This document shows positions 39,841 through 55,396 of a stretch of 64,000 bases of DNA, in pieces; positions within the stretch are counted from its first letter, which is position 1; each line of letters begins with the position of its first letter. Source of the DNA: Octopus vulgaris. Taxonomy: Eukaryota. The notes beneath the pieces are model-generated. The model searched no databases and had not been told where the DNA came from. It saw only the letters and a list, made by a program, of their open reading frames with translations. Location: NCBI GenBank assembly GCA_951406725.2, contig OX597816.1, forward strand, positions 164,114,001 to 164,178,000. Reading direction: 5' to 3'. Made by a program: the position numbers and the translations under genes.

Positions 39841-40146
39841 AAAAGCACAAAAGGAGAGAGGAAGAAGGAATGCGTTTGAAGAGAAACGAATGAAAAACAA
39901 GCGGTAGTGTATGTGTGTGTGTGTGTGTGTGTATGTGATCTAGCGATCGTGTAGTTTGTTTGATTATTTCAGTATTTCATGCAATTTTCATGTTATTTTC
40001 AAAAAGCTTCGTAATACAAGTACAAAATATATCATGTAACAGACTCTTTGATTACCCGTATTACACCCGTATTATACACCGTTTGTTTTTCTTACTCTTT
40101 CATTCTACCTTTACCCCTCTCTATTTCAATACACGTGTCATGTACC

Positions 40147-40221
<75 letters not shown>

Positions 40222-40580
40222 TCTATTCGTGTGTGCTTCGTTTTCTGTACTGTCACCATTGCATGAATCGCATGTTCATTCACGCATACATAGGTATTAT
40301 ACACATTACACACACACACACGCACAAACACACGTACAAACTCACACACACACACGCACGCACGCACGCACGCACGCACAGATACACATGGCTAGTCATG
40401 CATTGCCGTGTGTGTGTGTGATGCTCGTTTTTCGTGTGCGTGCACATTTTTCTGTCCAAGTGATACTTTAGTAAGTTAATATACAAAAAAACACACACGT
40501 GTGTGTGTGAATGTATATATATATATATTATATGTATATATATACATGTATATATGTGTGTATATATATAAATACGTGCG

Positions 40581-40616
<36 letters not shown>

Positions 40617-40710
40617 CGCGTGCGTGTATGTATGTGTTTGTAATATATTCATACATATACATATAAGTACGTCTATCTGTATAAGTGTATATATATATAT
40701 GTGTCTGTGC

Positions 40711-40749
<39 letters not shown>

Positions 40750-40773
40750 TATACACATAGAGAGAAAGACAGG

Positions 40774-40808
<35 letters not shown>

Positions 40809-41120
40809 AAGAAAGAAAGAGAGAGAGAAAGAAAGAGTGTGTGTGAGTGCGAGAGAGAGAGAGAGACTTGTTAACAAATCAAAAACTAAAAATTTTAAAT
40901 AGAAGACAAGACATAAAGATTGGGTGACAGACAGACAGACAGATACAGATAGATAAATAGATAGACAGGCAGACAGACAGAAAGAGGCACAGACAACGTG
41001 ATATACAGAAAGACAAACGGACTGTTTGCAAAGACAGCAAAACGGTCAAACGACCAAACAGACCAATAAAATAGAGACGTAAGCGACATTAAATGGCTTC
41101 TCTGAAATGTGTAATGCATA

Positions 41121-41185
<65 letters not shown>

Positions 41186-41445
41186 GTTTGTGTGTCTAGA
41201 GATGAGTTTGTAAAAAAATCTGAGATTTTAAGATACGTTATGCAATGGATAGCGACAAGGGATGCGGCGGCGGGTTCGTTTCATTCAGATTAGGGCGACA
41301 ATCAGTCTGATATTGTGTAACATGAGACAGATCGCTGTAAAAGCAGGGTTAACCATTTAGATATATATATATATACGTATGAGTTCGCGCGTATGTGTGT
41401 GTGTGTGTGCGTGCGTGTGTTATGCATATATACATATATATATAG

Positions 41446-41760
41446 GTGGAGGCGCAATGGCCCGGTGGTTAGGGCAGCGGACTCGCGGTCGTAGGATCGC
41501 GGTTTCTATTCCCAGACCGGGCGTTGTGTGTGTTTATTGAGCGAAAACACCTAAAGCTCCACGAGGCTCCGGCAGGGGATGGTGGCGAACCCTGTTGTAC
41601 TCTTTTGTCCCAACTTTCTCTCACTCTTTCTTCCTGTTTCTTGAGTAACGCTGCGATGGACTGGCGTCCCGTCCAGTTGGGGGGAACACATACACCATAG
41701 AAACGGGAAACCGGGCCCATGAGCTTGGCTAGGCTTGGAAAGGGGGCATAAATAAAAAAA
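41446..41760 (+). mobile_element. SINE family B, tail type 1 (part of an inverted duplication of 34716-35197)
   Basis: Family B head and tail 1; the unique downstream flank 41760-41926 is the reverse complement of 34716-34890. Confidence 0.9.
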
Positions 41761-41954
41761 TAACATAAGGAACTAAGTCGACCTGTTTATATTTGTCTGT
41801 CTGTCTGTCTTTATGTAGGTAGATAGGTACATTGGTATGTAATATATGTGTGTGAATATCTCCTTCGCTACTTCTCTTTCTATCCTTATGTCTTTCTATG
41901 TATCTAAACAGCTGCAAGTCAGAAGGTGTGTGTGTGTGTACTCAGTGAGCCTCA

Positions 41955-42268
41955 GGAGGCGCAATGGCCCAGTGGTTAGGGCAGCGGACTCGCGGTCGTA
42001 GGATCGCGGTTTCGATTCCCAGACCGGGCGTTGTGAGTGTTTATTGAGCGAAAACACCTAAAGCTCCACGAGGCTCCGGCAGAGGGTGGTGGCGAACCCT
42101 GCTGTACTCTTTCGCCACAACTTTCTCTCACTCTTTCTTCTGTTGGCCTGCTCGCTTAGCCAGCGGGGTGGCGTCATATGAAGGCTAAAACAATGCCAAG
42201 CGCATTGTGACCAGCGATGTGTAGCAAAATCTGATAGCCTGGTCGGTCACGGTGATCACGGTGATCAC
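41955..42268 (+). mobile_element. SINE family B, tail type 3
   Basis: Family B head/body, then tgttggcctgctcgcttagccagcggggtggcg...ctgatagcctggtcggt and a (cacggtgat)n end. Confidence 0.88.
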
Positions 42269-42297
42269 ATATATATATAGAGAGAGAAGTGGTATTT

Positions 42298-42466
42298 ATA
42301 GGGGTTGGCGTGGTTGTGTGCTACGAAGCTTGCTTCTTAATCGCATCTTTCCGGGTTCAGTTCCACCGCGTAGCACATACAGCAAGTATTGTTTATTATA
42401 AACCTCGGGCAGAACAAAGTCTTGTGAGAGGATTTAGTAGACGGAAACTGAAACAAGCCTGTCGTT
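42298..42466 (+). mobile_element. SINE family C 5' part (degenerate)
   Basis: ggcgtggttgtgtg...ccgggttcagttccac...ggatttagtagacggaaactgaaacaagcctgtcgt. Confidence 0.8.
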
Positions 42467-42472
42467 ATGTGC

Positions 42473-42527
<55 letters not shown>

Positions 42528-43295
42528 TGTGTGTGTATGTGTGTGTGTGTGTGTGTTCATTGATTGATACAAGTATGGAGACTCAAAAACAGGAGTTGAA
42601 GTTTCTGTAAAACTATATAAAGTAATCGTGAAGTATTTTTGCCACTTAAATGTGGCTAATCACTAAGGGTGGATGCTACTGTAGCTTGTAGCCCCAGGAG
42701 GACATCTCCCCCAGCTGGCTGTCGACACACTTTCTGTGCCCTATCAGTATTTGCAAAGGGAAGCCATCCTTCCCGTCTTCAACCTATGATACACATGGAT
42801 CGAGTTTCTGGATATTGTCGATGAAAAGTAGGCCTTCTTTTGCAAATATATATCCAGTGACCTCGCTCAGAGATTTATTGTTGCTTATATAAAGTAAGTC
42901 TGCATACTTGTATCAATCAATAAGCACAATGGTCAATTTCCAACGATATTGAAGTCTGCCTCTTTTGCCGTCACACATGGTTCGTCGATATTTAATATTG
43001 CATGGACTTATGAAATCTTTAAATGTGTAACACGTCATATTGAATGCTATAAAAACAATTGTACTGATTATTGAAACGAGCGTCACTGGGGAAAAATATG
43101 TAATACCGTCCCCTTCATTCTTTTGTTTCTTGATAAACACATACAAACATATATACATACATGTTCATGCATGTATGCATACATACATTCATACATACAT
43201 ACATACATACATACATACATACATACATACATACATACATACATACATACATACATACATACATACATACATACATACATACATACATACATACA

Positions 43296-43820
43296 AGAGA
43301 AACTGTGTACAGTTGTGGAAATTAGCTACCTACCGGATGTTAACATAAAGCTGAAGATCAGTGGAAAAGAGAATACCTACACTGAACTATTGAGAAATCT
43401 GCAGTTACTCTCTATCCAGATTACAAGTTCCAGACGTTTATCATTTAAATATATATGAGCATGTCTAGATATGCAACTATACTGCATGAAATATCAATCA
43501 TGACAAATTAGGCTTCTCCAAACCAGAAAGAAGAAAGCTAATTCGAAGACTACAGATTCAATCCATCACTGGAACTGTAAAGATCTGTAAAACTTTCCAG
43601 ACGTTTATCATTTAAATATATATGAGCATGTCTAGATATGCAACTATATGCATGAGAATACATACATAAAGCAACATATACAAATCTGCACATATACATA
43701 AATACATAAATATATAGATACATACGAAAAAACCCTTTCGTTGATGTTGCAATTCTAATGTTGCCTTGGATCTAGGTTAGAAAACGGTTCTTTATTGGTA
43801 AGAAATCTTGAAATAAACTG
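43296..43820 (+). mobile_element. 3' end of an R4/Dong-like (restriction-like endonuclease) non-LTR retrotransposon in (CATA)n
   Basis: Peptides CTVVEISYLPDVNIKLKISGKENTYTELLRNLQLL and RRLQIQSITGTVKICKTF resemble the RLE-domain C-terminus of R4/Dong elements; CATA repeats on both flanks. Confidence 0.75.
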
Positions 43821-44055
43821 ACATACATACATATATACATATGTGTGCGTGTGTAAAAAATATGGCACAGGAGCACGAGAAAGAGACATACCTAAAAACA
43901 GGGAAAAAGTTGCACAAGTAATGCAAACGTACTCGTTCTTCATCGGTTGTCAACCGAATATCATCACAATCTCGACACATCTTCCAGCATATATACTTAT
44001 ATTTAATATAGGTATACATGTATCATTTGGACATCCCCTTTCCGATATATATACA

Positions 44056-44091
<36 letters not shown>

Positions 44092-44428
44092 TGTATGTAT
44101 GTATGTATGTATGTATGTATGTATGTATATATGATTAAAGGGATTGCAAGAGCCTGGAGGTGAAAATATTTGACATGCAAGCATGATACTATAGCGTGTA
44201 TACGAAGTTGTATGGTTGGTTGGATGGATATATTGAATATTATCTAAGTATGTGTGTGTGCGTGCGTGTGTGTGTGCATTCATGCATATATGTGCATATA
44301 AGTGTATACGTGTGTATGATTGTACAAACATATATACATAGATAAGTGTGAATGCATAACTATACTGTACATGTAACACACATGAATACGCGAACAACAT
44401 TGCTTTCCTTAGCTTTCTATATTTTAAC

Positions 44429-44508
<80 letters not shown>

Positions 44509-44571
44509 CATATATGCTTAATTACAAATATGCATACATACACCGTTGCTTACACACATGTACATATATAT

Positions 44572-44681
44572 CGAAACGTTAAAGACTTGTTTTATTTATA
44601 TTTCCTGAGCGCCATACTAATACAATTGTTCGTTTGTTTTCCACCTGCCTTCGTCTTTTGTTTATTTTCATAAAGCTTCCC

Positions 44682-44682
<1 letters not shown>
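44572..44682 (+). mobile_element. PLE-like terminal-repeat fragment, near-identical to 53119-53232 in reverse orientation
   Basis: tcgaaacgttaaagacttgttttatttatatttcctgagcgcc...ataaagcttcccg followed by ~500 bp of (TA)n. Confidence 0.85.
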
Positions 44683-44756
<74 letters not shown>

Positions 44757-44757
44757 C

Positions 44758-44806
<49 letters not shown>

Positions 44807-44819
44807 CATATATATATAC

Positions 44820-44924
<105 letters not shown>

Positions 44925-44931
44925 TATATAC

Positions 44932-45043
<112 letters not shown>

Positions 45044-45045
45044 AC

Positions 45046-45093
<48 letters not shown>

Positions 45094-45361
45094 TATATGT
45101 ATTTATATATATGTATATATATATGTATATATATATGTATATATATGTATATGTATATATATATACATATATATATATATTTATCTTATCATTTCATACA
45201 TTTTTGTTATTTTCATTTTAAAATATTTATACTTATTTTCGTTTTCTGCTCTTCATGTTATATTTGATTTACATAATTACAGTTTGACTTCAATCTTTAC
45301 GCATTTATTACTTATTTCGCGTTTATGCAGTTACAATATATATATTTGTTGTACATATGAA

Positions 45362-47000
<1,639 letters not shown>

Positions 47001-47421
47001 GCTCACATTCTATGACATAAGTTCATAAGCAACCAGTCGTAATGGTATGTTTTGTGTGTGTGTTGGTGTTGGTGTGTGTCGGTGTCTGTGTGTGTTGGTG
47101 TGTGTCGGTGTATGTGTGTTGGTGTACGTGGGGGTTGGTGGTTGTGTGTGTGTGTGTGTTGACGTGTATGTGTATGTTGGTGTGTGTGTTGTGTGTGTTG
47201 GTGTTTGTGTGTGTGTTGGTGTGCTGGCGTGTGTGTGTTTGTTGGTGTGTGTTCGCGTATGTGTGTTTGCGTGTATGTGTTGGAGTGTGTGTGTTGGCGT
47301 GTGTGTGTGTGTTGCTGTGTGTTGGCGCGCGCGTGTGTGTGAGTGATGCTGTGTCTTGGCGTGTGTGTTGGTGTGTTGGTGTGTGTTGGCGTGTCTGTGG
47401 ATGTGTATCTTTTTTTTTAGG

Positions 47422-47623
47422 TTTTTTTTCAGTCATTTGACTGCGGCCATGCTGGGGCACAGCTTTGAAGGATTTTAGTCGAACAAGTCAACCTAACTAC
47501 TTATTTTTCCAAGCCTAGTACTAACTCTATCGATCTCTTTGCCGAACCGCTAAGTTACGCAGACATAAACGCACCAACACCGGTTGCCTAACGATAGTTG
47601 GGGGGACAAGCACAGACTGAAAG

Positions 47624-47660
<37 letters not shown>

Positions 47661-47826
47661 CGACGGGCTTCTTCCAGTTTCCGTCTACCAAATCCACTCA
47701 GAAGGTTTTGGTCTTCCCGAGGCTACAGTAGAAGACACTTGCCCCAGGTTCCACACAATGGGGACTGAAACTGGAACCCTTTGTTTTGAAAGTAGGTTTC
47801 TTACCACACAGTGACGCCTGCGCCTC
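47422..47826 (-). mobile_element. SINE family C, full length, diverged
   Basis: Colinear with 7328-7705. Confidence 0.88.
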
Positions 47827-48130
47827 TCAACGTATTGCAGGAACTATTATTTTACCAATTCATTAAGGAATTTTTCCTACAGTTGAAAATTGTCAACGTG
47901 CCTCATTCTCATTTCTCCGCTTATGAAGGGTCCATGTGTCCCGCTTTTACAACGACTTCCTTTTTCCGTTTAAGTGACCGGCTGGTCATAATTTCAAACC
48001 GCTGTCGATGTCTTGCTGTGGCTCTGAGTTGACCACATGACTAGAAATTGCTTCGCTTCACCTTGTGCTCTAGTTGGGTTGGTATCCAGTACATTTCTAG
48101 GGAGTTCAGGTATGGTAAATTGGCATTCAA

Positions 48131-48370
48131 CCAGTGGTTCTAAACCATTTTGTTTTTACCTATGCGACCCCTATTACTCGTATTTTGCCTAGGTGGACCC
48201 TCACAGCCATTTAATCTTTAAAACATACTATTATATTTTTACCATTAAGTATTATAAGAAGTTGTATCAAAAACTATTGAAAATATTTTTTGTATTGCAG
48301 AAATATAACTGATATATTGGAGATAAATTTTAAGAAAGTAATCGTATGTGGACTCTTAAGGGTCATGTAC
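48131..48370. mobile_element. Probable hAT-type DNA transposon remnant
   Basis: Starts CAGTGGTTCTAAACC with internal gacccc/ggaccc motifs; no second terminal repeat found. Confidence 0.45.
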
Positions 48371-48769
48371 TCCCACCCCACACTTTCGTTGGTTTAGATT
48401 TTGTTATGGGCCTACAAATGAAATAAAGGGAAAATTCTCTTCGTTTTCAACAGGGAAGGTGAGAAAAGAATTATCGCTAAAACCCAAGAATTACTTTGTC
48501 TTCCATAGCAAAAATCAAAAAATTTGGTTTGTTTGAGTTGGTCTATGTGGGAAAGAATCATAAGGAACAGTTTAATGTTCATCTGTGATTCTTGGAATCA
48601 CTGAGACTAATTAGAGTTGTTCTCTTTCGGCACCAATCACGAAGACTCATTAGTGATGGTCTTTGATGGCAAGAATGATTACTCTATAGAATTGAATAGA
48701 CAAATGCACTCACAGAAGTTAATTTTCTAGTTTGGAAAGAAGTTCTGTCCCTCCCTCTCTCTCACTCTC

Positions 48770-48931
<162 letters not shown>

Positions 48932-48960
48932 ATATATATGTATATATATATGTATATATG

Positions 48961-49082
<122 letters not shown>

Positions 49083-49581
49083 TATGTAAGCATGTCATTA
49101 TTCAGTCTATATATATACACACACGCACATACACTCATACACACACACATATATATATTTATGATATAAATAATATATATACATATATAAGCATATATAC
49201 ATACGTATATGTACATACTTCCATCTATACGATTATATATATATATATACATATATGCATTTGTGGGCAATGGACGTCACGAAACGTGTACAACAAAAAC
49301 AATACGAAGTACGAGTACATGAAATAACACAAATGGAAAACAAGACAAACAACATAAGGCACGACCCTTCATCAGTTGTTGGCTGTTTTTCTACTCTCGT
49401 ATTTCGAGCATTTAACAACAATATACGCTATACAGACTCACATACACACACACACATATATATATACATAAACACACACACACACATACATATATATATA
49501 TACATAAACACACACACACACACACATACATATATATATATACATAAACACATACACACACACACACATATATATATATAT

Positions 49582-49792
49582 TTTTTTACTCTTTTACTTG
49601 TTTCAGTCATTTGACTGCGGCCATGCTGGAGCACCGCCTTTAGTTGAGCAACTCGACCCCGGGACTTATTCTTTTTGTAAGCCCAGTACTTATTCTATCG
49701 GTTTCTTTTTGCCGAACCGCTAGGTGACGGGGACGTAAACACACCAGCATCGGTTGTCAAGCAATGCTAGGGGAACAAACACAGACACACAA

Positions 49793-49815
<23 letters not shown>
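49582..49815 (-). mobile_element. SINE family C 3' half
   Basis: Near-identical to 7328-7540. Confidence 0.9.
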
Positions 49816-49850
<35 letters not shown>

Positions 49851-50744
49851 TATATATATTTAATAAATATATGTGTGTGTAGGTGTACATATTTATATTA
49901 AAGTCTATATCTATCTACACACTTTGAAGTCACTGTGGAATATTTTCGGGTAAAAACTGCACACACTCACACACACACGCACATCTTTACAGACAGAATG
50001 ACAGAAAAAGGGGTCGAAGCATGGGAAAGAGTGCAGGTGTAAAGATTTTGTGTGTATCTATGTATAAATGCCGAAAAGATAATTTTTTAAACACGTGAGT
50101 GAATCAGTGTGTGTGTATGTGTGTGTGTATGTGTGCGTGTGCATGCGTGCTGGTGCGTTTGTATGACTGTGTGTATCTGCGTCTATGTGTATGAATGTGC
50201 ACGTGAGTTGATGGGAGAAAGCACGAAAACCATAGTGAGAGGAAGAGTGAGAGAGAGAGGGGGTGAGTGAGAAAGACAGAGAAAGGCTAGAGGTAATGTA
50301 TAAAGGGTTAGGGGGGGAATGGGATGCAGTGAGAGTATGAGGAAAAATAAACAAGCGATTGAGAAAGGTGGAGGAGAGGAGGAGAAAAAGAGGTGAAAAG
50401 AGAAGCATAGAGAGGGTGAAAGTGAGAAAAAGAGTGTGTGGGGTGTGTTTGCGGTCTTCTGCTTCAATCATTTTTTTTTTTTGAGGAGGAAGACAGAAAG
50501 AGAGCAAACATGAGAGGGTGGGAGGAGAAAGAAATGATGAGAAAACGACTAAAGTGTGAGAGGGTTTCGTGGGGGGAAGAGGTGGAGAACCAAGAGACGG
50601 AAAGAGTCGAAATATATATATATGTGTGTGTGTGTGTGCATTTACATGTATCAATACACATATTTACGCATGTTTATACATATATACATATATAAATATA
50701 CATATGTATGCATGTATGAAGCGTGTGTGTGTGTGTGTGTGTGC

Positions 50745-51019
50745 GTGTGAATATAAGTGTGTGTGTGTGTTTGTGTGAATATAAGTGTGAGTATGTGTGT
50801 GTGTGTGAATATAAGTGTGTGTGTGTGTTTGTGTGTGTGTGAATATAAGTGTGTGTGTGTGTGTATGTGAATATAAGTGTGAATGTGTTTGTGTGTGTGT
50901 GAATATAAGTGTGAGTGTGTGTGTATGTGTGTGTGAATATAAGTGTGTGTGTGTGTGAATATAAGTGTGAGTGTGTTTGTGTGTGTGTGAATATAAGTGT
51001 GTGTGTGTGTGTGAATATA

Positions 51020-51078
<59 letters not shown>

Positions 51079-51088
51079 ATAAGTGTGT
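50745..51088. repeat. Minisatellite: 11 GAATATAAGT units separated by variable (GT)n
   Basis: Units start near 50749, 50777, 50807, 50841, 50869, 50901, 50935, 50957, 50989, 51013 and 51075. Confidence 0.92.
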
Positions 51089-51294
51089 GAGTGAAGAAAG
51101 AGAGGAACTGACAGAGACTGACGTAGAGAAGAGTTAGAGAGAGAGGAAGGAGTGTTTAATTTGCATGTCGGTCGTCTGCTCCATTCATTTTTTTTTCTTT
51201 TGGTGGGAAAACAGAAGGATTAATGGATGTGTTGGAGGGTGTAAGGTAGGAGTTTATGAGAGAGAGATTTGAGAGAGACGCATAAAGAGAAACA

Positions 51295-51343
<49 letters not shown>

Positions 51344-51687
51344 TCCATGTATGAAGGAATAAGAGAGAGAGAGATCGAGAACGAAGGAGAGGAAATAATG
51401 TGGACCGTTTCAATCATTTTTGACAGGAAGAATAATGTGATAGTGTGGTAGAATAGAAAGACAGAAATATATTGATGAAATATGAGATTGTTTGAGTAGA
51501 AAAGATAGATGAGTAGGAAAAACAGGGACAGAGGGAAAGAACCAACAGACAAATAGAGAGATAGAGAGAGAGAGAGGGGGGAAGAGAGACAGGCAGAGAG
51601 AAAAATGAGAGGACTGTGAGAGAGACGTGACAAATTCAAAGAAAGATTGAGGGCAAAAAAAGAGAAAGAGTGCAAAAGCACTTATGA

Positions 51688-52532
<845 letters not shown>

Positions 52533-52635
52533 GAGAGAGAGAGAGACAGAGAAACTGTGTGGGGGAACATTTTTGTGTGTGTATTGCATGAGTGAAGGTT
52601 TATATGATATTCTCTTCCTCTCTCTCTCTCTTTCT

Positions 52636-52732
<97 letters not shown>

Positions 52733-53118
52733 TACACACACACACATGTGCTGAGCTAGTCAGTGAGGTTGTAGGCGTGTTGTCGTTGACTTCTCATCTG
52801 CTCTTTATATCTTTAACCGAGCGGCCTCAAACCAAAATCTGATTTATGCAGTTTTCATATAAAAACGGAGCAATAAAGATGTGATGTTGCCATCAGGGAA
52901 GTTTCAAGCAAACACAAAGTCTTTATTCCTTTTTCCCTTTCATTTCTTTTTTTTGCCCTGATTTTCTTGCTGTTTGCTTTCTCAAGCTCTTTCCTACCTA
53001 AAGATATCTCAAGGCTGCAAATATTTCCTTCGATATATCTTCATACGAGTTACAATGGCTACACCAAAGTACAGACGGATACCTAACGAAGAAGCGATAT
53101 ATATATATATATATATAT

Positions 53119-54116
53119 AACGGGAAGCTTTATGAAAATAAACAAAAGACGAAGGCAGGTGGAAAACAAACGAACAATTGTATTAGTATGGCGCTCAGGA
53201 AATATAAATAAAACAAGTCTTTAACGTTTCGAGCCTACGCTCTTCAACAGAAAGATACACAGAGAGAGAAAAACACAGAAAGAAGGAGAGAAAAAATGCG
53301 TGCAGTAGCTAACGAATCAACATGGCGATCTGATTTCGGCCAGAGGTCAAAGATCAAACATGAGACGCGAGAGCGAAATAAGGGGAGATAATAGGGTTGA
53401 TAAATGGGTTGAGGGACCAGCTAAAAGTGCGTGGGAGGGGTCTGGATGTGTGTATGTATAGGGTTGGTGTATGTATTAGTATGTATAAGGGTGTGTGTGT
53501 GTGTGTGTGTGTGTATGAGAGAGTATTAGTGCGTAAGATTGGTCTGGACGTGCGTATGTATGGGGTTGGTGTATGTATTAGTATGTATTAGTATGTATTA
53601 GTACGTATTGGTATGTATAGGTGTGTGTGTGTGTGTGTGAGAGAGTATAAGTGCGTATGCGGGGTCTGGACGTGTGTATGTATAGGGTTGGTGTAAGTAT
53701 TAGTATGTACTAGTATGTATTAGTACGTATTAGTATGTATTAGTTGGTGTGTGTATTAGTATGGCACATCATATGTGATGTGATGTGTAAAGTCATGTGG
53801 TGTAGTGAGGAGAAGAGGGGGAGGGGGAGAAGAGGGGGAGGAGAAGGGGGAGAGGAGAGGATGGGGAGAAGGAAGGGGATGAGGGGGATGAAGGAGGAAA
53901 GAGGGAGAGGGGGAGAGAGAAGGGGAGAGAGGGAGTGGGGAGCAGAGGGAAGGGGAAGAGGGAGGGAGAAAGAGGGAAGAAGGGAAGGGAGTAGGGGTGA
54001 AAGGATGAAGGACTGAAGAAGTAGGGGTCGGGGGAGAAAGGATAGGTGAGGAGGGGGAGAGGGGGTTAGATGAGGAGGGGGGAGAGTTGAGACCAAATGG
54101 CGTATAAGAGCGAAGA
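53119..54116 (-). mobile_element. 3' portion of a Penelope-like element: GIY-YIG C-terminal peptide, low-complexity 3' region, hammerhead-like motif; (TA)n on both sides
   Basis: Minus strand 54115-54086 encodes LRSYTPFGLN, matching the L-x-T/S-x-x-P-x-G-L-N end of PLE GIY-YIG endonucleases; hammerhead-like fold at 53218-53255. Confidence 0.75.
53218..53255 (-). ncRNA. Minimal type-I hammerhead-like motif with variant core CUGUUGA
   Basis: TCTTT-CTGTTGA-A-GAGC-gtag-GCTC-GAAA-CGT-T-AAAGA: 5-bp stem I, 4-bp stem II, ACGU palindromic stem III. Confidence 0.65.
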
Positions 54117-54132
54117 TATATATATATATATG

Positions 54133-54245
54133 GGGGCGGGATAAAGCATGGCTGTACGGTCAGGAAATTTGCTTCCCGACCACAAGGTATCGGGTTTCAG
54201 TCCCATTGTGTAGTACCTTGAACATATACAATCATCTACTTCTTT
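54133..54245 (+). mobile_element. SINE family C head (degenerate)
   Basis: gcatggctgtacggtcaggaaatttgcttcccgaccacaaggtatcgggtttcagtcccattg. Confidence 0.65.
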
Positions 54246-54328
54246 GTAAATTTGCATATGTATATATGTATATATGTATGTATGTATGTATATATATATA
54301 TATATATATTCACACACACATATATACA

Positions 54329-54360
<32 letters not shown>

Positions 54361-54427
54361 GAGTTGATATTTTAACCTGCCATGAAATGTTCTGAAGAGT
54401 AATCGGTTAGTTATATTACTGGACAGT

Positions 54428-54477
<50 letters not shown>

Positions 54478-55326
54478 TGTGCGTATGTGTATGTATGTAT
54501 GCATGTATAATTTCTATATGTGTTGTGCTTGATGTAGCGTCGCTTATGTAACTAACATAGGTTACGAAACAACTGTCAACTAGCGGCGTAAACATCTATT
54601 TAATCACTTCACCTTACTTCTCAATTCTATTTAAGAAAAAAAAAATTCTCTCCATAGATTAATTCTTGGATTTCCAGAACAATGCTGAGCTTAAATTCTA
54701 ACTTTAACGAAGGTCTTTCTTGATAGCCACGCACCAAACAGAGAACTTACTGTGATCTGTATGATTCTTTAAGTATTGTATATATATATATACACATGTG
54801 CGTAAGAAGACTTCTATGCCTTGAGACATTTTTTTTTATTTATGTACATATATAAGATATTTAAAATAGATTGCTCAACCAATCAACATATATATATTCT
54901 TTCTTTTATACAATTTTTTTTTTACTTAAAACAATTGAAAAATAAGGGAAATGCTGGTTATTTGTGGCTTCTGGTGTAGCAAGTACGTAGAGCTGGTTGT
55001 AAAATGGCGTTCATTAAAGACAAGTCAATATGGTGGTTTAGCTCGATTTACAGTAGAGAAGTAGAATGTAATGCAACGCCTGTACAATTTCGAAATCTGT
55101 CCAGGTATAGGCTTGCTCTTGAGTAGGAGGCAAAATGATATAGACACTTATGCACAAAGACAGATGTTCTTGCTTAGGGCTTTCCGAGGTTATCGGTTGC
55201 AAGGCCTCTTACGGCTCGCTACGATACTCTTCCTACGTCTATCTCTTTTCTGAGCCCATTTAACCTTTATAAATTCTATCCGTCGCTTGATAACAGCCGC
55301 TTCCTCTCTCATTCACAATGCTTTAT

Positions 55327-55396
<70 letters not shown>

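Noticed and set aside
50745-51088. Repeat-spacer pattern superficially like a CRISPR array
   Set aside because: The repeat is only 10 bp, the spacers are (GT)n rather than unique, there are no cas genes, and the context is eukaryotic.
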